From NCBI GenBank assembly GCA_009692705.1, contig SHYR01000005.1, forward strand, positions 1 through 54,083: DNA of 54,083 nucleotides, given 5' to 3'. A program made the position numbers and the translations under genes. Positions 45,644 through 54,083 of the stretch are shown here, piece by piece. Position 1 is the first letter of the stretch. Each line of letters starts with the position of its first letter. Origin of the DNA: Dehalococcoidia bacterium (lineage in GTDB: Bacteria > Chloroflexota > Dehalococcoidia > UBA2979). The notes under the pieces are model-generated. The model was given only the letters and a program-made list of their open reading frames with translations, searched no databases and was not told the DNA's origin.

Positions 45644-47002
45644 TCAGGCCCGAATCGCTGCGGGGACTGGGAGGGGAGCCTCGCGGTCCACCAGCATCAC
45701 ATCGCACTCCTCGCCGGCCTCGATCGCCGGCACGTCCTCGGGGCAGATCGCGTAGCCGTTGGCGAGCGCCATCGAGGTGAGCACGCCGGAGCCCTGCGGC
45801 CCCGTGAGGCGCGCGACGTAGCGCCCCGCCTCGAAGGTCACCAGAGCGCGCGCGTAGAAGCGGCGGCCGTCGCTGTTCACCAACCGCTCGGCCGCCACCG
45901 CGCGCACGCGCGGGCGTTCTGCCGCCTGCGGCTTGCCCATCAGCGTGAAGATCGCCGGCCGCCCGAACAGCTCCATCGTCATCATCGCGGACACCGGGTT
46001 GCCGGGCAGCCCGAGGTGCGGCACACGGCGCTCGCCTCGCCGCATGGTGCCGAAGGCCAGCGGCTTGCCGGGCTTCATGCGCACCGTCCAGAAGCCGATA
46101 TCGCCCTCGCGTGCCAGCACGTCCTTCACCACGTCGAAGTCCCCGCGCGAGACCCCCGCCGAGGTCACCACCAGGTCGGCGCCCTCCAGCGCCTCGTGGA
46201 TGCGCGCGGTGATCGCATCGATGCTGTCGGCGGCGATCTCCAGCACACGCGGCAGCGCCCCGTACGAGCGCACCTGGGCCGCGAGGCTGAAGGCGTTGGC
46301 GTCGTAGATCTTCCCCGGCACCAGCGGCTGACCGGGACGCAGCAGCTCGTCGCCGGTGGAGAGGATCGCGACGCGCGGGCGGCGGATCACGGGCGCCGCG
46401 GCGAGCCCGAGCGAGGCGAGCACGCCGATCTGCGCGGGGCCGATCACGCTGCCCCGCGGCAGCGCCAGCTCGCCGCGCCGCACGTCCTCACCGGCGCGGC
46501 GGATGTTGGCGCCGGGCCGCGCGCCGACGTCGATGCGCACTTGCCGGCGCGAGATCGGGCCGCGAACGCCGCCGGCGGCGGCATCCATCTCGTCGGTCTG
46601 CTCGAACGGGACGATGCTGTCGGCGCCGCGCGGCACGGGCGCTCCGGTCATGATGCGCACCGCCTCGCCCGCTCCCACCGCACCTGCAAACACCGCGCCC
46701 GCGGGCAGGTAGCCGACGACGCGCAGCGTCACGGGCGCGTCGGGCGTCGCGCCCGCGGTGTCCTGCGCGCACACCGCGTAGCCGTCCATGCCGGTGTTGT
46801 CCGCGGGCGGGAGATCGAAGCCGGCGCGCACGTCCTCGGCCAGCACCTGACCAAGCGCCTCCAGCAGCGGCGCGGGCTCGGCGGGCAGCGGCGCGAAGTG
46901 CGCCAGTATCCGCAGGCGCGCCTCCTCCACCGAGATCATGTCGGCGGGCAGGATCGAGCGCGGCTGGGGGCCGGAGCGGTTGCGGGTGATCTCTTCGGGC
47001 AT
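45644..47002 (-). CDS. moeA: Molybdopterin molybdenumtransferase
   Basis: GMDGYAV, IMTGAPVP, STGDEL, SAGVSRGDFD, MKPGKP, LPGNPVS. Confidence 0.95.
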   Translation of the reverse strand: MPEEITRNRSGPQPRSILPADMISVEEARLRILAHFAPLPAEPAPLLEALGQVLAEDVRAGFDLPPADNTGMDGYAVCAQDTAGATPDAPVTLRVVGYLPAGAVFAGAVGAGEAVRIMTGAPVPRGADSIVPFEQTDEMDAAAGGVRGPISRRQVRIDVGARPGANIRRAGEDVRRGELALPRGSVIGPAQIGVLASLGLAAAPVIRRPRVAILSTGDELLRPGQPLVPGKIYDANAFSLAAQVRSYGALPRVLEIAADSIDAITARIHEALEGADLVVTSAGVSRGDFDVVKDVLAREGDIGFWTVRMKPGKPLAFGTMRRGERRVPHLGLPGNPVSAMMTMELFGRPAIFTLMGKPQAAERPRVRAVAAERLVNSDGRRFYARALVTFEAGRYVARLTGPQGSGVLTSMALANGYAICPEDVPAIEAGEECDVMLVDREAPLPVPAAIRA

Positions 47003-47065
47003 CTCAGGCCCGATCCTAGCAGGCCCCACCGCGGCACATGCGGTGGCGCCGCGCGCGCGGCGCGC

Positions 47066-47317
47066 TCAGCCCAGCGAGACCGCCAGGCAGGTGGTGGTGC
47101 GCTGCACGCCCGCGATCGACTGGATCTCGGCGGTGATGCACCGGCCGAGCTGATCGAGGTCGCTTGCCTCCAGCTGCACGATCACGTCGTAGGGCCCGGT
47201 AACGGTGTCCACCGCCAGCACCGTCGCCCGGGCGGAGCGGAGCCCGCGGATCGCCGAGTCCACCGCCTGCGTGCGGCCGACCTCGAACTCGATCAGCACG
47301 TAGCCTCGAATGCTCAT
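47066..47317 (-). CDS. Stand-alone Lrp/AsnC ligand-binding (RAM) domain protein
   Basis: GYVLIEFEVG...VTGPYDVIV...GVQRTTTC. Confidence 0.88.
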   Translation of the reverse strand: MSIRGYVLIEFEVGRTQAVDSAIRGLRSARATVLAVDTVTGPYDVIVQLEASDLDQLGRCITAEIQSIAGVQRTTTCLAVSLG

Positions 47318-47399
47318 CGCCACCCCCAGAGCCGGCCGCGCGTCGAATGCGACCCTGTGCGCGCGGGCGCGGGCTGTCAACGGGCGGCGGCGGGGCGGT

Positions 47400-48269
47400 C
47401 TACGCGCGCTCCGCAACCACCACCGTGCGACTGCTGTACGTGCGCTGCGCGCGGTTGAACTCGCCACCGCAGGTGATGAGCGTGATGCGCTCCGCCGGCG
47501 CGACGGAGCGCAGGACCGCGCTCCACGCGGCGTCGTCCGCGTGCAGCGCGGTGTTGGAGCGCACGACGTAGCGGTATTTCGCGCCATCGATCTCGATCTC
47601 GATCGCCGCCCCGGCCCGTAGCTGGTCGAGCCGCCAGAAGACCCCCGGCCCGGCGTACTGCACGCCCGCATAGGCGAGGAAGTCGACCTCGTCGACGTGC
47701 CCCGCGAAGACCGCGTTGCCGGGCTCACCCGGGCGGCCGCCGAGCCCCGGCCATGCCGAGAGGTCGTACCACGCCACATCGCCCGGGCCGGTTGGGTTGG
47801 CCATCACCCCGTCCGGGCCCACTACGCGGGGACCCAGCGGTGCATCGACGCCGATTGAAGGGATGCGGATGCGGCCCAGCGTGGCATCCGGCGGCTCGCC
47901 GTGCTCCGCGTGCAGTCGCTCGATGCTCCGCACGACCGGGTCCACGGCCGCGCGGGCGTCGGCGTCCGCGTCGCGCGCCGCCGCGCTCCCGTCGTGCAGC
48001 GGCCCGCCGCCGCGCCCGAAGACGATCGCGACCAGCAACAGCACGAGCGCACCGGCGCCGATCGCCAGCCAGCGCCACGACCGCTGCGCGCGCCCGCCCC
48101 GGCCTGGCTCCGGCGCGCGCCGCGTGGACAGGGCAGGGGCCTCGACCGGCGTCGCAGCGTCCGGCCGGGGCGGGGGGCTCGGCGCACGGCCGCCCGGAGC
48201 CGGCAGGCCTGCCCGGGGCGGTGAGGCGTCGAAGCGTGGGCGATCCGGGAAGCGCGGATCGAGCGACAT
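47400..48269 (-). CDS. Class F sortase
   Basis: Pro-rich N-terminus, TM helix, IRIPSIGVDA, GNAVFAGHVD, TLITCGG and downstream Arg. Confidence 0.85.
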   Translation of the reverse strand: MSLDPRFPDRPRFDASPPRAGLPAPGGRAPSPPPRPDAATPVEAPALSTRRAPEPGRGGRAQRSWRWLAIGAGALVLLLVAIVFGRGGGPLHDGSAAARDADADARAAVDPVVRSIERLHAEHGEPPDATLGRIRIPSIGVDAPLGPRVVGPDGVMANPTGPGDVAWYDLSAWPGLGGRPGEPGNAVFAGHVDEVDFLAYAGVQYAGPGVFWRLDQLRAGAAIEIEIDGAKYRYVVRSNTALHADDAAWSAVLRSVAPAERITLITCGGEFNRAQRTYSSRTVVVAERA

Positions 48270-48306
48270 CCTGATCCTTCGGCGCGAGCCCACCCCACGC
48301 ACGCTG

Positions 48307-48362
48307 TTTCACGATATCGATTTCACGATATCGATTCCACGATATCGATTCCACGATATCGA
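48307..48362. repeat. Intergenic tandem array, 4 x 14 bp TT(T/C)CACGATATCGA
   Basis: Units at 48307, 48321, 48335, 48349, each containing the palindrome CGATATCG. Confidence 0.95.
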
Positions 48363-48426
48363 GCTCGCGCCTACGTGGAAGCGCGCGGGGAGCGCGGCTG
48401 CACTCCCGCCCCAGCGCCGCCCTCGT

Positions 48427-48432
48427 TACACT
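48427..48432 (+). promoter_or_regulatory. -10 box TACACT 7 nt before the pheS ATG (leaderless promoter candidate)
   Basis: TAnnnT at leaderless spacing; no SD sequence. Confidence 0.6.
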
Positions 48433-48439
48433 CGCACTC

Positions 48440-49498
48440 ATGGTCGCGACACCGTCACCGCAGCGGGTCAGCGAGCTGGAGCGCGAGGCGCGCGCCGCGC
48501 TCGCCGCGTCCGCCGACGAGGCGGCGCTGGAGCGCTGGCGCACCGCCACGCTGGGGCGCTCCGGGACGCTCACGCAACTCCTGCGCTCGCTCGGGACGCT
48601 GGACGCCACCGCGCGACGCGAGGTCGGCGCAGCCGCCAATACGCTCAAGAACGCGCTGGAGGCCGCGCTGGAGGCGCGCCGTGAGCAGCTGCGCGCCGCC
48701 GCGCTCGCCGCCGACGTGCACGCGGGCACGCTCGACGTCACGCTGCCGGGGCGGCCGCGGCGTCGCGGCGCGCTGCACCCGGTGACGCAGACGCTGCGGG
48801 AGATCCTCGCCGCCTTCACACGCATGGGCTTCGACACCGTCGAGGGACCGGAGGTGGAGTTGGACGAGTACAACTTCGAACGCCTGCGCATCCCCGCGGA
48901 CCACCCGGCGCGCGACATGTGGGACACCTTCTGGCTCGACGAGGGCGAGGGCGCAGCTCGGCTGCTGCTGCGCACCCACACCTCGCCGATGCAGATCCGC
49001 TACATGGACGCGCACCAGCCGCCGATCCGCATCGCGGTGCCGGGGCGCTGCTACCGCTACGAAGCGACCGACGCCACGCACGAGTGGATGATGCAGCAGG
49101 TGGAGCTGCTGGTCGTCGACGAGGGGGTCTCGATGGCGGACCTCAAGGGCACGCTGCAGGAGTTCGCGCGCGCGCTCTTCGGCCCGGAGCGCCGGGTGAT
49201 GATGCGCAACTCATACTTCCCGTTCGTCGAGCCGGGAGTCGAGCTGGCGGTGGACTGCTTCGTCTGCGACGGCCCGCCGCGGCCCGATTGCTCGGTCTGC
49301 CGCGGCTCCGGCTGGATCGAGATCATGGGCGCGGGCATGGTGCACCCGGAGATGATCGCCCGCGCCGGCTACGACGCGCAGCGCTACACCGGCTTCGCCG
49401 CCGGCATGGGCGTAGAGCGCATCGCGATGCTGAAGTACGGCGTCGACGACATCCGCCACTTCTACGCCAACGACCTGCGCTTCCTGCGCCAGTTCTGA
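48440..49498 (+). CDS. pheS: Phenylalanyl-tRNA synthetase alpha subunit
   Basis: HPARDMWDTF, LRTHTSPMQIR, YFPFVEP, GAGMVHP, GFAAGMGVER, NDLRFLRQF. Confidence 0.97.
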   Translation: MVATPSPQRVSELEREARAALAASADEAALERWRTATLGRSGTLTQLLRSLGTLDATARREVGAAANTLKNALEAALEARREQLRAAALAADVHAGTLDVTLPGRPRRRGALHPVTQTLREILAAFTRMGFDTVEGPEVELDEYNFERLRIPADHPARDMWDTFWLDEGEGAARLLLRTHTSPMQIRYMDAHQPPIRIAVPGRCYRYEATDATHEWMMQQVELLVVDEGVSMADLKGTLQEFARALFGPERRVMMRNSYFPFVEPGVELAVDCFVCDGPPRPDCSVCRGSGWIEIMGAGMVHPEMIARAGYDAQRYTGFAAGMGVERIAMLKYGVDDIRHFYANDLRFLRQF

Positions 49499-49565
49499 CG
49501 CTAGGACGGAGCGCCGGGACGGCTGACGGGCCGGCGCCCGGCCGCGAGGGGATGGGCACGCGCCG

Positions 49566-51986
49566 ATGCTGGTCTCGCTGAAGTGGCTGCGCGACTACCT
49601 CGAGCTGCCGGCCACGGTGGACATCGATGACCTGGCGCACCGCCTGACGATGGCCTCGGCGGAGGTGGAGGGCATCCGCCGCACCGGCGCGCAGTGGGAC
49701 CGCGCGCTCGTCACCGTCGGCGCGGTGCTCACCGTCGAGCCGCACCCCAACGCCGACCGCCTGCGGCTCGCCACCGTGAACTACGGCGGCGCGCAGCCGC
49801 AGCAGGTGGTGTGCGGCGCGCCCAACGTCGCCGCCGGCCAGCGCATCGCCTTCGCGCGGGAGGGGGCGACGCTCTTCGACGGCCCCGGCGGCGCATCGAG
49901 CACGCTCAAGCGCGCGAAGATCCGCGGCGTGGAGTCGGCGGGGATGGTGCTCTCGGAGCGCGAGCTGGGGCTCTCCGACGCGCACGAGGGCATCCTGGTG
50001 CTGCCGCCGGACGCGACCCCCGGCACCCCGCTCGCCGACTACCTCGGCGACGTGGTGCTGGACGTGCACGTGTGGCCGAACCGCGCCGACATGATGAGCA
50101 TGCTCGGCGTCGCGCGCGAGCTGGGTGCGATCCTCGGGCTGCCCGCGCGCGAGCCGCCGGAGCAGTACCGCGAAGACGGACCGCCGGCCGCCGAGGCGGT
50201 GGCGGTGGCGATCGACGACCCCGCCCTCTGCGCGCGCTACATCGCCGCCGTGATCGAGGGCGTGACGGTCGGGGACTCGCCGCGCTGGCTGCAGGACCGC
50301 CTGCGCGCCGCCGGGCAGCGCCCGATCAACAACGTCGTGGACGTCACCAACTACGTGATGCTCGAGCTGGGCCAGCCGCTGCATGCCTTCGACCTCGCGC
50401 AGGTACGCGGGCGCGTGACCGTACGCACCGCGCGCCCCGGCGAGCGGCTGCGCACACTCGACGGGCAGGACCGCGAGCTGACCGTCGACACGCTGCTGAT
50501 CACCGACGAGCGCGGCCCGCTCGCGCTGGCCGGGGTGATGGGCGGGCAGGACACCGAGGTCTCGCCTCACACCAGCACTATCCTGCTGGAGGCCGCGCGC
50601 TTCGACCCCGCCAGCATCCGCCGCACCTCCACGCGGCTCAGGCTGCGCTCGGAGTCCTCGTCGCGCTTCGAGCGCGGGCTCTCGCCGGAGCTGGCGCTGC
50701 ACGCGGCGCGGCGCGCCACGCGGCTGCTGGTGGAGCTCTGCGGCGGGCGGGCGCGGCGCGGGCTGGTGGATGTCTATCCGCGGCCCCAGCCCGCGCCGCG
50801 CCTGCACGTGACGAGCGCCCGGCTCGACACAGTGATCGGCTTCGCGGTCCCCACCCCGGAGGTGGAGCATGGGCTGCGCGCGCTGGGCTTCGAGGTCGCG
50901 GCGCGCGGCGACGGCTTCGAGGTGCAGCCGCCGTGGTGGCGCACCGACGTCGCGATCCCGGACGACGTCGCCGAGGAGGTGGTGCGCATCGCCGGCTACG
51001 ACCGGCTGCCCGCCACCACGCTCGCCGGTCACATCCCGCCGCCGGAGCCGCGCCCGCTGGTGGAGGCGCGCGAGCGCCTGCGCGAGGGGCTCGTCGCCGC
51101 CGGGCTGCACGAGGTGATCACCTACTCGCTGACCTCGCAGGAGATGCTGCGCCGCGTGCTGCCGCCCGAGCAGCTGGCGACGCTGCGCCCGCTGCGCCTC
51201 AGCAACCCGCTGACCGCGGACCGCGAGCTGCTGCGGCCCACGCTCCGCCACGCGCTGCTGGAGGCGATGGACCGCAACCTGCGCGCGGGGGCTGGGGAGG
51301 TCGCGCTGTTCGAGATCGCGCGCGTCTACCTGCGCCGCGAGGGCGCCGCCGGCCCGCTGCCGGAGGAGCGCGAGATGGCCGCCGGCGCGCTCTGCGGCTT
51401 CGAGCCCGACCGCTGGGGCCGCGCCACCGACCGCCGGCTCGACTTCTTCGACGCCAAGAGCGCGCTCGAGCAGGCGTTCGCGCAGCTCGGGGTCACACCG
51501 CGGTTCGTGGCTGGCGAGGAGTTCGGCATGCTGCCCGGGCGCGTCGCGCGCCTGCGCCTCGGGGGCGAAGACGTGGGAGTGGTCGGCGTGCTGCACCCGG
51601 ACACGCTCGCACGCTTCGAGATCGACCAGCCGGTGGTGCTGTTCGAGCTCGACCTCGCGCGGCTGCTGCCGCAGGTGCCGCCGCGCCACCAGGCAGTGCC
51701 GGTGCCACGCTTCCCGGCCGTCGAACAGGATCTAGCGCTGGTGGTGAACGTCGATGTGCCGGCGGGGGCGCTGCGCGCGCTGATCGAGCGCTCGCCGCTG
51801 GTGGCCGCGGTGGCGGTGTTCGACGTCTACCGCGGGGAGCAGCTACCGGCGGATAAGAAGTCGGTGGCGTTCGCGATCCGCTACCAGGCCACCGACCGTA
51901 CGCTCACCAGCGAGGACGCCAACCGCGAGCAGGCGCGGATCGTGGCGCGGCTGGAGCGCGAGTTCGGCGCGACGCCCCGCGCCTGA
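49566..51986 (+). CDS. pheT: Phenylalanyl-tRNA synthetase beta subunit
   Basis: HPNADRL, VCGAPNV, PNRAD, NNVVDVTNYV, RFERG, FDVYRG..KKSVA. Confidence 0.97.
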   Translation: MLVSLKWLRDYLELPATVDIDDLAHRLTMASAEVEGIRRTGAQWDRALVTVGAVLTVEPHPNADRLRLATVNYGGAQPQQVVCGAPNVAAGQRIAFAREGATLFDGPGGASSTLKRAKIRGVESAGMVLSERELGLSDAHEGILVLPPDATPGTPLADYLGDVVLDVHVWPNRADMMSMLGVARELGAILGLPAREPPEQYREDGPPAAEAVAVAIDDPALCARYIAAVIEGVTVGDSPRWLQDRLRAAGQRPINNVVDVTNYVMLELGQPLHAFDLAQVRGRVTVRTARPGERLRTLDGQDRELTVDTLLITDERGPLALAGVMGGQDTEVSPHTSTILLEAARFDPASIRRTSTRLRLRSESSSRFERGLSPELALHAARRATRLLVELCGGRARRGLVDVYPRPQPAPRLHVTSARLDTVIGFAVPTPEVEHGLRALGFEVAARGDGFEVQPPWWRTDVAIPDDVAEEVVRIAGYDRLPATTLAGHIPPPEPRPLVEARERLREGLVAAGLHEVITYSLTSQEMLRRVLPPEQLATLRPLRLSNPLTADRELLRPTLRHALLEAMDRNLRAGAGEVALFEIARVYLRREGAAGPLPEEREMAAGALCGFEPDRWGRATDRRLDFFDAKSALEQAFAQLGVTPRFVAGEEFGMLPGRVARLRLGGEDVGVVGVLHPDTLARFEIDQPVVLFELDLARLLPQVPPRHQAVPVPRFPAVEQDLALVVNVDVPAGALRALIERSPLVAAVAVFDVYRGEQLPADKKSVAFAIRYQATDRTLTSEDANREQARIVARLEREFGATPRA

Positions 51987-52046
51987 GCGCGACGCGCGAT
52001 CCTAGGTGGCTGGCGGTTGGGGGCCGCGGCGCCGCTGGCAGTGCGG

Positions 52047-52406
52047 CTAGGCGGCGAGCGCCGCTTTCGCGCGCGTGGCGACCTGCGCGAAGCCCGCGGG
52101 GTCGCGCACCGCAAGCTCGGCGAGCGCCTTGCGGTCCAACTCGATGCCGGCGCGGTGCAGGCCGTTGATCAGCCGTCCGTAGGTGATGCCGTGCAGCCGC
52201 GCGGCGGCGTTGATGCGCACGATCCAAAGCTTGCGGAAGTCCCCCTTGCGCGCACGCCGGTCTTCCCAAGCGTAGCGCAGCGCGTGCAGCATCGACTCGT
52301 GCGCCACCCTGTAGTTCTTGTGGCGCTTGCCGCGGTGGCCCTGCGTGCGGGCGAGCACCTTGTTGTGACGGGCGTGCGACGCGACGCGCGCGCGGGCTCG
52401 TGGCAT
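52047..52406 (-). CDS. rplT: 50S ribosomal protein L20
   Basis: [28 protein letters not shown]. Confidence 0.96.
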   Translation of the reverse strand: MPRARARVASHARHNKVLARTQGHRGKRHKNYRVAHESMLHALRYAWEDRRARKGDFRKLWIVRINAAARLHGITYGRLINGLHRAGIELDRKALAELAVRDPAGFAQVATRAKAALAA

Positions 52407-52469
52407 CTCGTTCCTCGACGTTCGACTGCGCCCGCCGGCCGTGGCCGGCCGGCGGCGGCTGCGGGCAAG

Positions 52470-52667
52470 CTACGAGTATGGCAGCAGACGCTTGATGGCG
52501 CGAGTGTGGGTGGCGTGCACCTCCTGCATCTCGCGCAGCGAGTAAAGCGTCTCATTCCGCTTCTTGGAGCGCATATGGCCGCGGTGGTGGGCGTTCATGA
52601 AGAAGCGCCCCGAGCCCGTGACCTTCACGCGCTTCGCGGCGCCCTTGTGGGTCTTCATCTTCGGCAT
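52470..52667 (-). CDS. rpmI: 50S ribosomal protein L35
   Basis: MPKMKTHKGAAKRVKVTGSG...KRLLPY; GGAGG RBS. Confidence 0.95.
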   Translation of the reverse strand: MPKMKTHKGAAKRVKVTGSGRFFMNAHHRGHMRSKKRNETLYSLREMQEVHATHTRAIKRLLPYS

Positions 52668-52671
52668 CGGT

Positions 52672-53304
52672 TCAACCCCCTCCACCCACCGGCGCCACCG
52701 GCTCGGCCTGCTCGGCCGGCTCGGGCTTGACGCCACCAGCCGCGCTGTCGGCCCTGGCCGCCCGCGCGGGCTTCTCGGCCTTCTCGCTCTGCTGCGACCG
52801 CTTCGCCGGCTCCAGCACCATCGTCATGAAGCGGCCCTCGAGGCTCGGCGACCGCTCCATCGTGCCGGCGTCGCTCACCTCGGCGAAGAAGCGGTCCAGC
52901 AGGTCGCGTCCCACCTCCGGGTGCGTGATCTCGCGCGCGCGAAACATCACGGAGACCTTCACCTTGTCGCCCGCCGCCAGCAGCTTGCGAGTCGTACGCG
53001 CCTTGAAGTCGATGTCGTGCTGGTCGATCTTGACGCGCATCCGCACCTCGCGCAGCTCGACATTCTTGGAGCCGCGCCGGGACTCGCGCTCGCGCTTCGC
53101 CTGCTCGTACTTGTACTTCCCGTAGTCCATGATGCGGCATACGGGGGGATCGGCGGTGGGCGCGATCTCGACCAGATCGAGCCCCGCTTCGTCGGCGAGC
53201 CGCTGCGCCTCCGTCGCCGTCATCACGCCCAGCTGGTCGCCGTCGCGGATTACCCGCAGGCGCGGTGCGCGCACCTGCTCGTTGATGCTGAGTTCCTTCG
53301 CTAT
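52672..53304 (-). CDS. infC: Translation initiation factor IF-3 (probable AUA start)
   Basis: INEQVR, LDLVEIAP..PPVCRIMDYGKYKYE, HDIDFK, GDKVKV; GAGGAG RBS 8 nt before ATA at 53304. Confidence 0.95.
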   Translation of the reverse strand: MAKELSINEQVRAPRLRVIRDGDQLGVMTATEAQRLADEAGLDLVEIAPTADPPVCRIMDYGKYKYEQAKRERESRRGSKNVELREVRMRVKIDQHDIDFKARTTRKLLAAGDKVKVSVMFRAREITHPEVGRDLLDRFFAEVSDAGTMERSPSLEGRFMTMVLEPAKRSQQSEKAEKPARAARADSAAGGVKPEPAEQAEPVAPVGGGG

Positions 53305-53388
53305 CGCCTTCGCTCCTCGCTGCTGGCGGCGGGCCGTGCCGGCACCGCTGGCCATCGATTGCACGGCGCCTGTGGGCGCCGCCGTGCG

Positions 53389-53397
53389 ATTCTAGCA
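53389..53397 (-). promoter_or_regulatory. Extended -10 promoter TGcTAGAAT for infC-rpmI-rplT
   Basis: Reverse complement of ATTCTAGCA; a CGGCGCC-caca-GGCGCCG hairpin follows at 53364-53381. Confidence 0.6.
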
Positions 53398-53448
53398 TCC
53401 GCCGATCCCGGCTCACAACGGGAGCCGCCCGCACGCCGGGCGGCGATG

Positions 53449-53982
53449 CTATGCGCCTGCCTCCGGATCGTCTGGGGTGTATTCGACGAGCAGCCCGCCC
53501 TTCTCCACGCGATCACCCTTCGTGGCGTGCACCGCGGTCACGACCCCGGCGTACCGCGCCTGCACCTCGTTCTGCATCTTCATCGCTTCCACCACCAGCA
53601 GCGGCTGCGCCACCGCGACGCGGTCGCCCACCGCGACGTGCACCGCCACCACCACGCCGGGCAACGGCGCCGTCACTCTACCCGGCAGGTCGGTGAGGCC
53701 GGCCACCGGGCCGCGGCCGCGGCGCGCCGACGAGGCGGGCTCGATCACGAAGCGCCGGCCCTCGAGCGTGACCTCGAAGCCCTGCCCGCGCCGCGCGACG
53801 TAGGCGAAGAGCCGGCGCGCGCCGACCTGCAGCGAGAACAGGCCGGGGAGCGTGCCCGCCAGCAGCTCGACGGCGACCGGCGCGCCGTCGTCGACCGTGA
53901 CGGAGCCGCCGGCGTCGCCGGGCCCCGCCTCCAGCACCACCGTGCGCTCGCGACCGCTCAGGAGGAAGCGCCACCGCGCCAA
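53449..53982 (-). CDS. Biotin carboxyl carrier / biotin-lipoyl attachment protein
   Basis: APLPGVVV...EAMKMQNEV biotinylation motif; GGAGG RBS before TTG. Confidence 0.9.
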   Translation of the reverse strand: MARWRFLLSGRERTVVLEAGPGDAGGSVTVDDGAPVAVELLAGTLPGLFSLQVGARRLFAYVARRGQGFEVTLEGRRFVIEPASSARRGRGPVAGLTDLPGRVTAPLPGVVVAVHVAVGDRVAVAQPLLVVEAMKMQNEVQARYAGVVTAVHATKGDRVEKGGLLVEYTPDDPEAGA

Positions 53983-54083
53983 CCGCGCATCCCTCCAATC
54001 CCCGTGCGCTGCGTGACGGCGGCGCTGCGCCCGGCGCGGCCCCAGCCGCCGCCGGGCGCAGCGCCGCCGTCACCTGCTCCCCC

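Noticed and set aside
47003-47065. Moco riboswitch before moeA
   Set aside because: The -10 box is only 10 nt from the ATG, leaving no room.
48307-48362. CRISPR array
   Set aside because: 14-bp units are directly adjacent with no spacers, and there are no cas genes in the window.
53990-54083. Possible 3' end of an upstream carboxylase gene
   Set aside because: Only a few bases before the window edge; not enough to call.

Overview
A very GC-rich (roughly 70-75% by eye), densely coding bacterial core-genome segment. Gene content and protein styles suggest Chloroflexota, probably Dehalococcoidia-related (inference). It carries tRNA-Phe(GAA), pcrA, dgt-dnaG-rpoD, ppdK, glmS/glmU, rluB-cmk-plsC, dprA-topA-xerC, aroQ-pepP-efp-xseAB-purN-like, alaS-ruvX-mltG-aroE-aroC-aroKB-acyP, moeA/mobB-like, a class F sortase, pheST and infC-rpmI-rplT. 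I see no CRISPR array, IS element, prophage or defence island, and no clear multi-gene novel system. The best second-look signals are small. (1) A ~39-aa in-frame piece resembling glycyl-tRNA synthetase sits inside PPDK. (2) An AT-rich GNRA-capped hairpin lies inside rluB and shares a 10-mer (CGTTATGTTG, like an XerD arm or a -10 box) with an AT-rich patch in dnaG. (3) A 4x14-bp palindrome-containing tandem array lies between the sortase and pheS. (4) A candidate switchable 5' leader can pair over the start codon of an RRM gene. (5) EF-P lacks the PGKG loop. (6) AlaRS has a His-rich insert. (7) dprA and dgt are decayed, and infC probably starts at AUA. All family assignments come from recalled motifs, not database searches.
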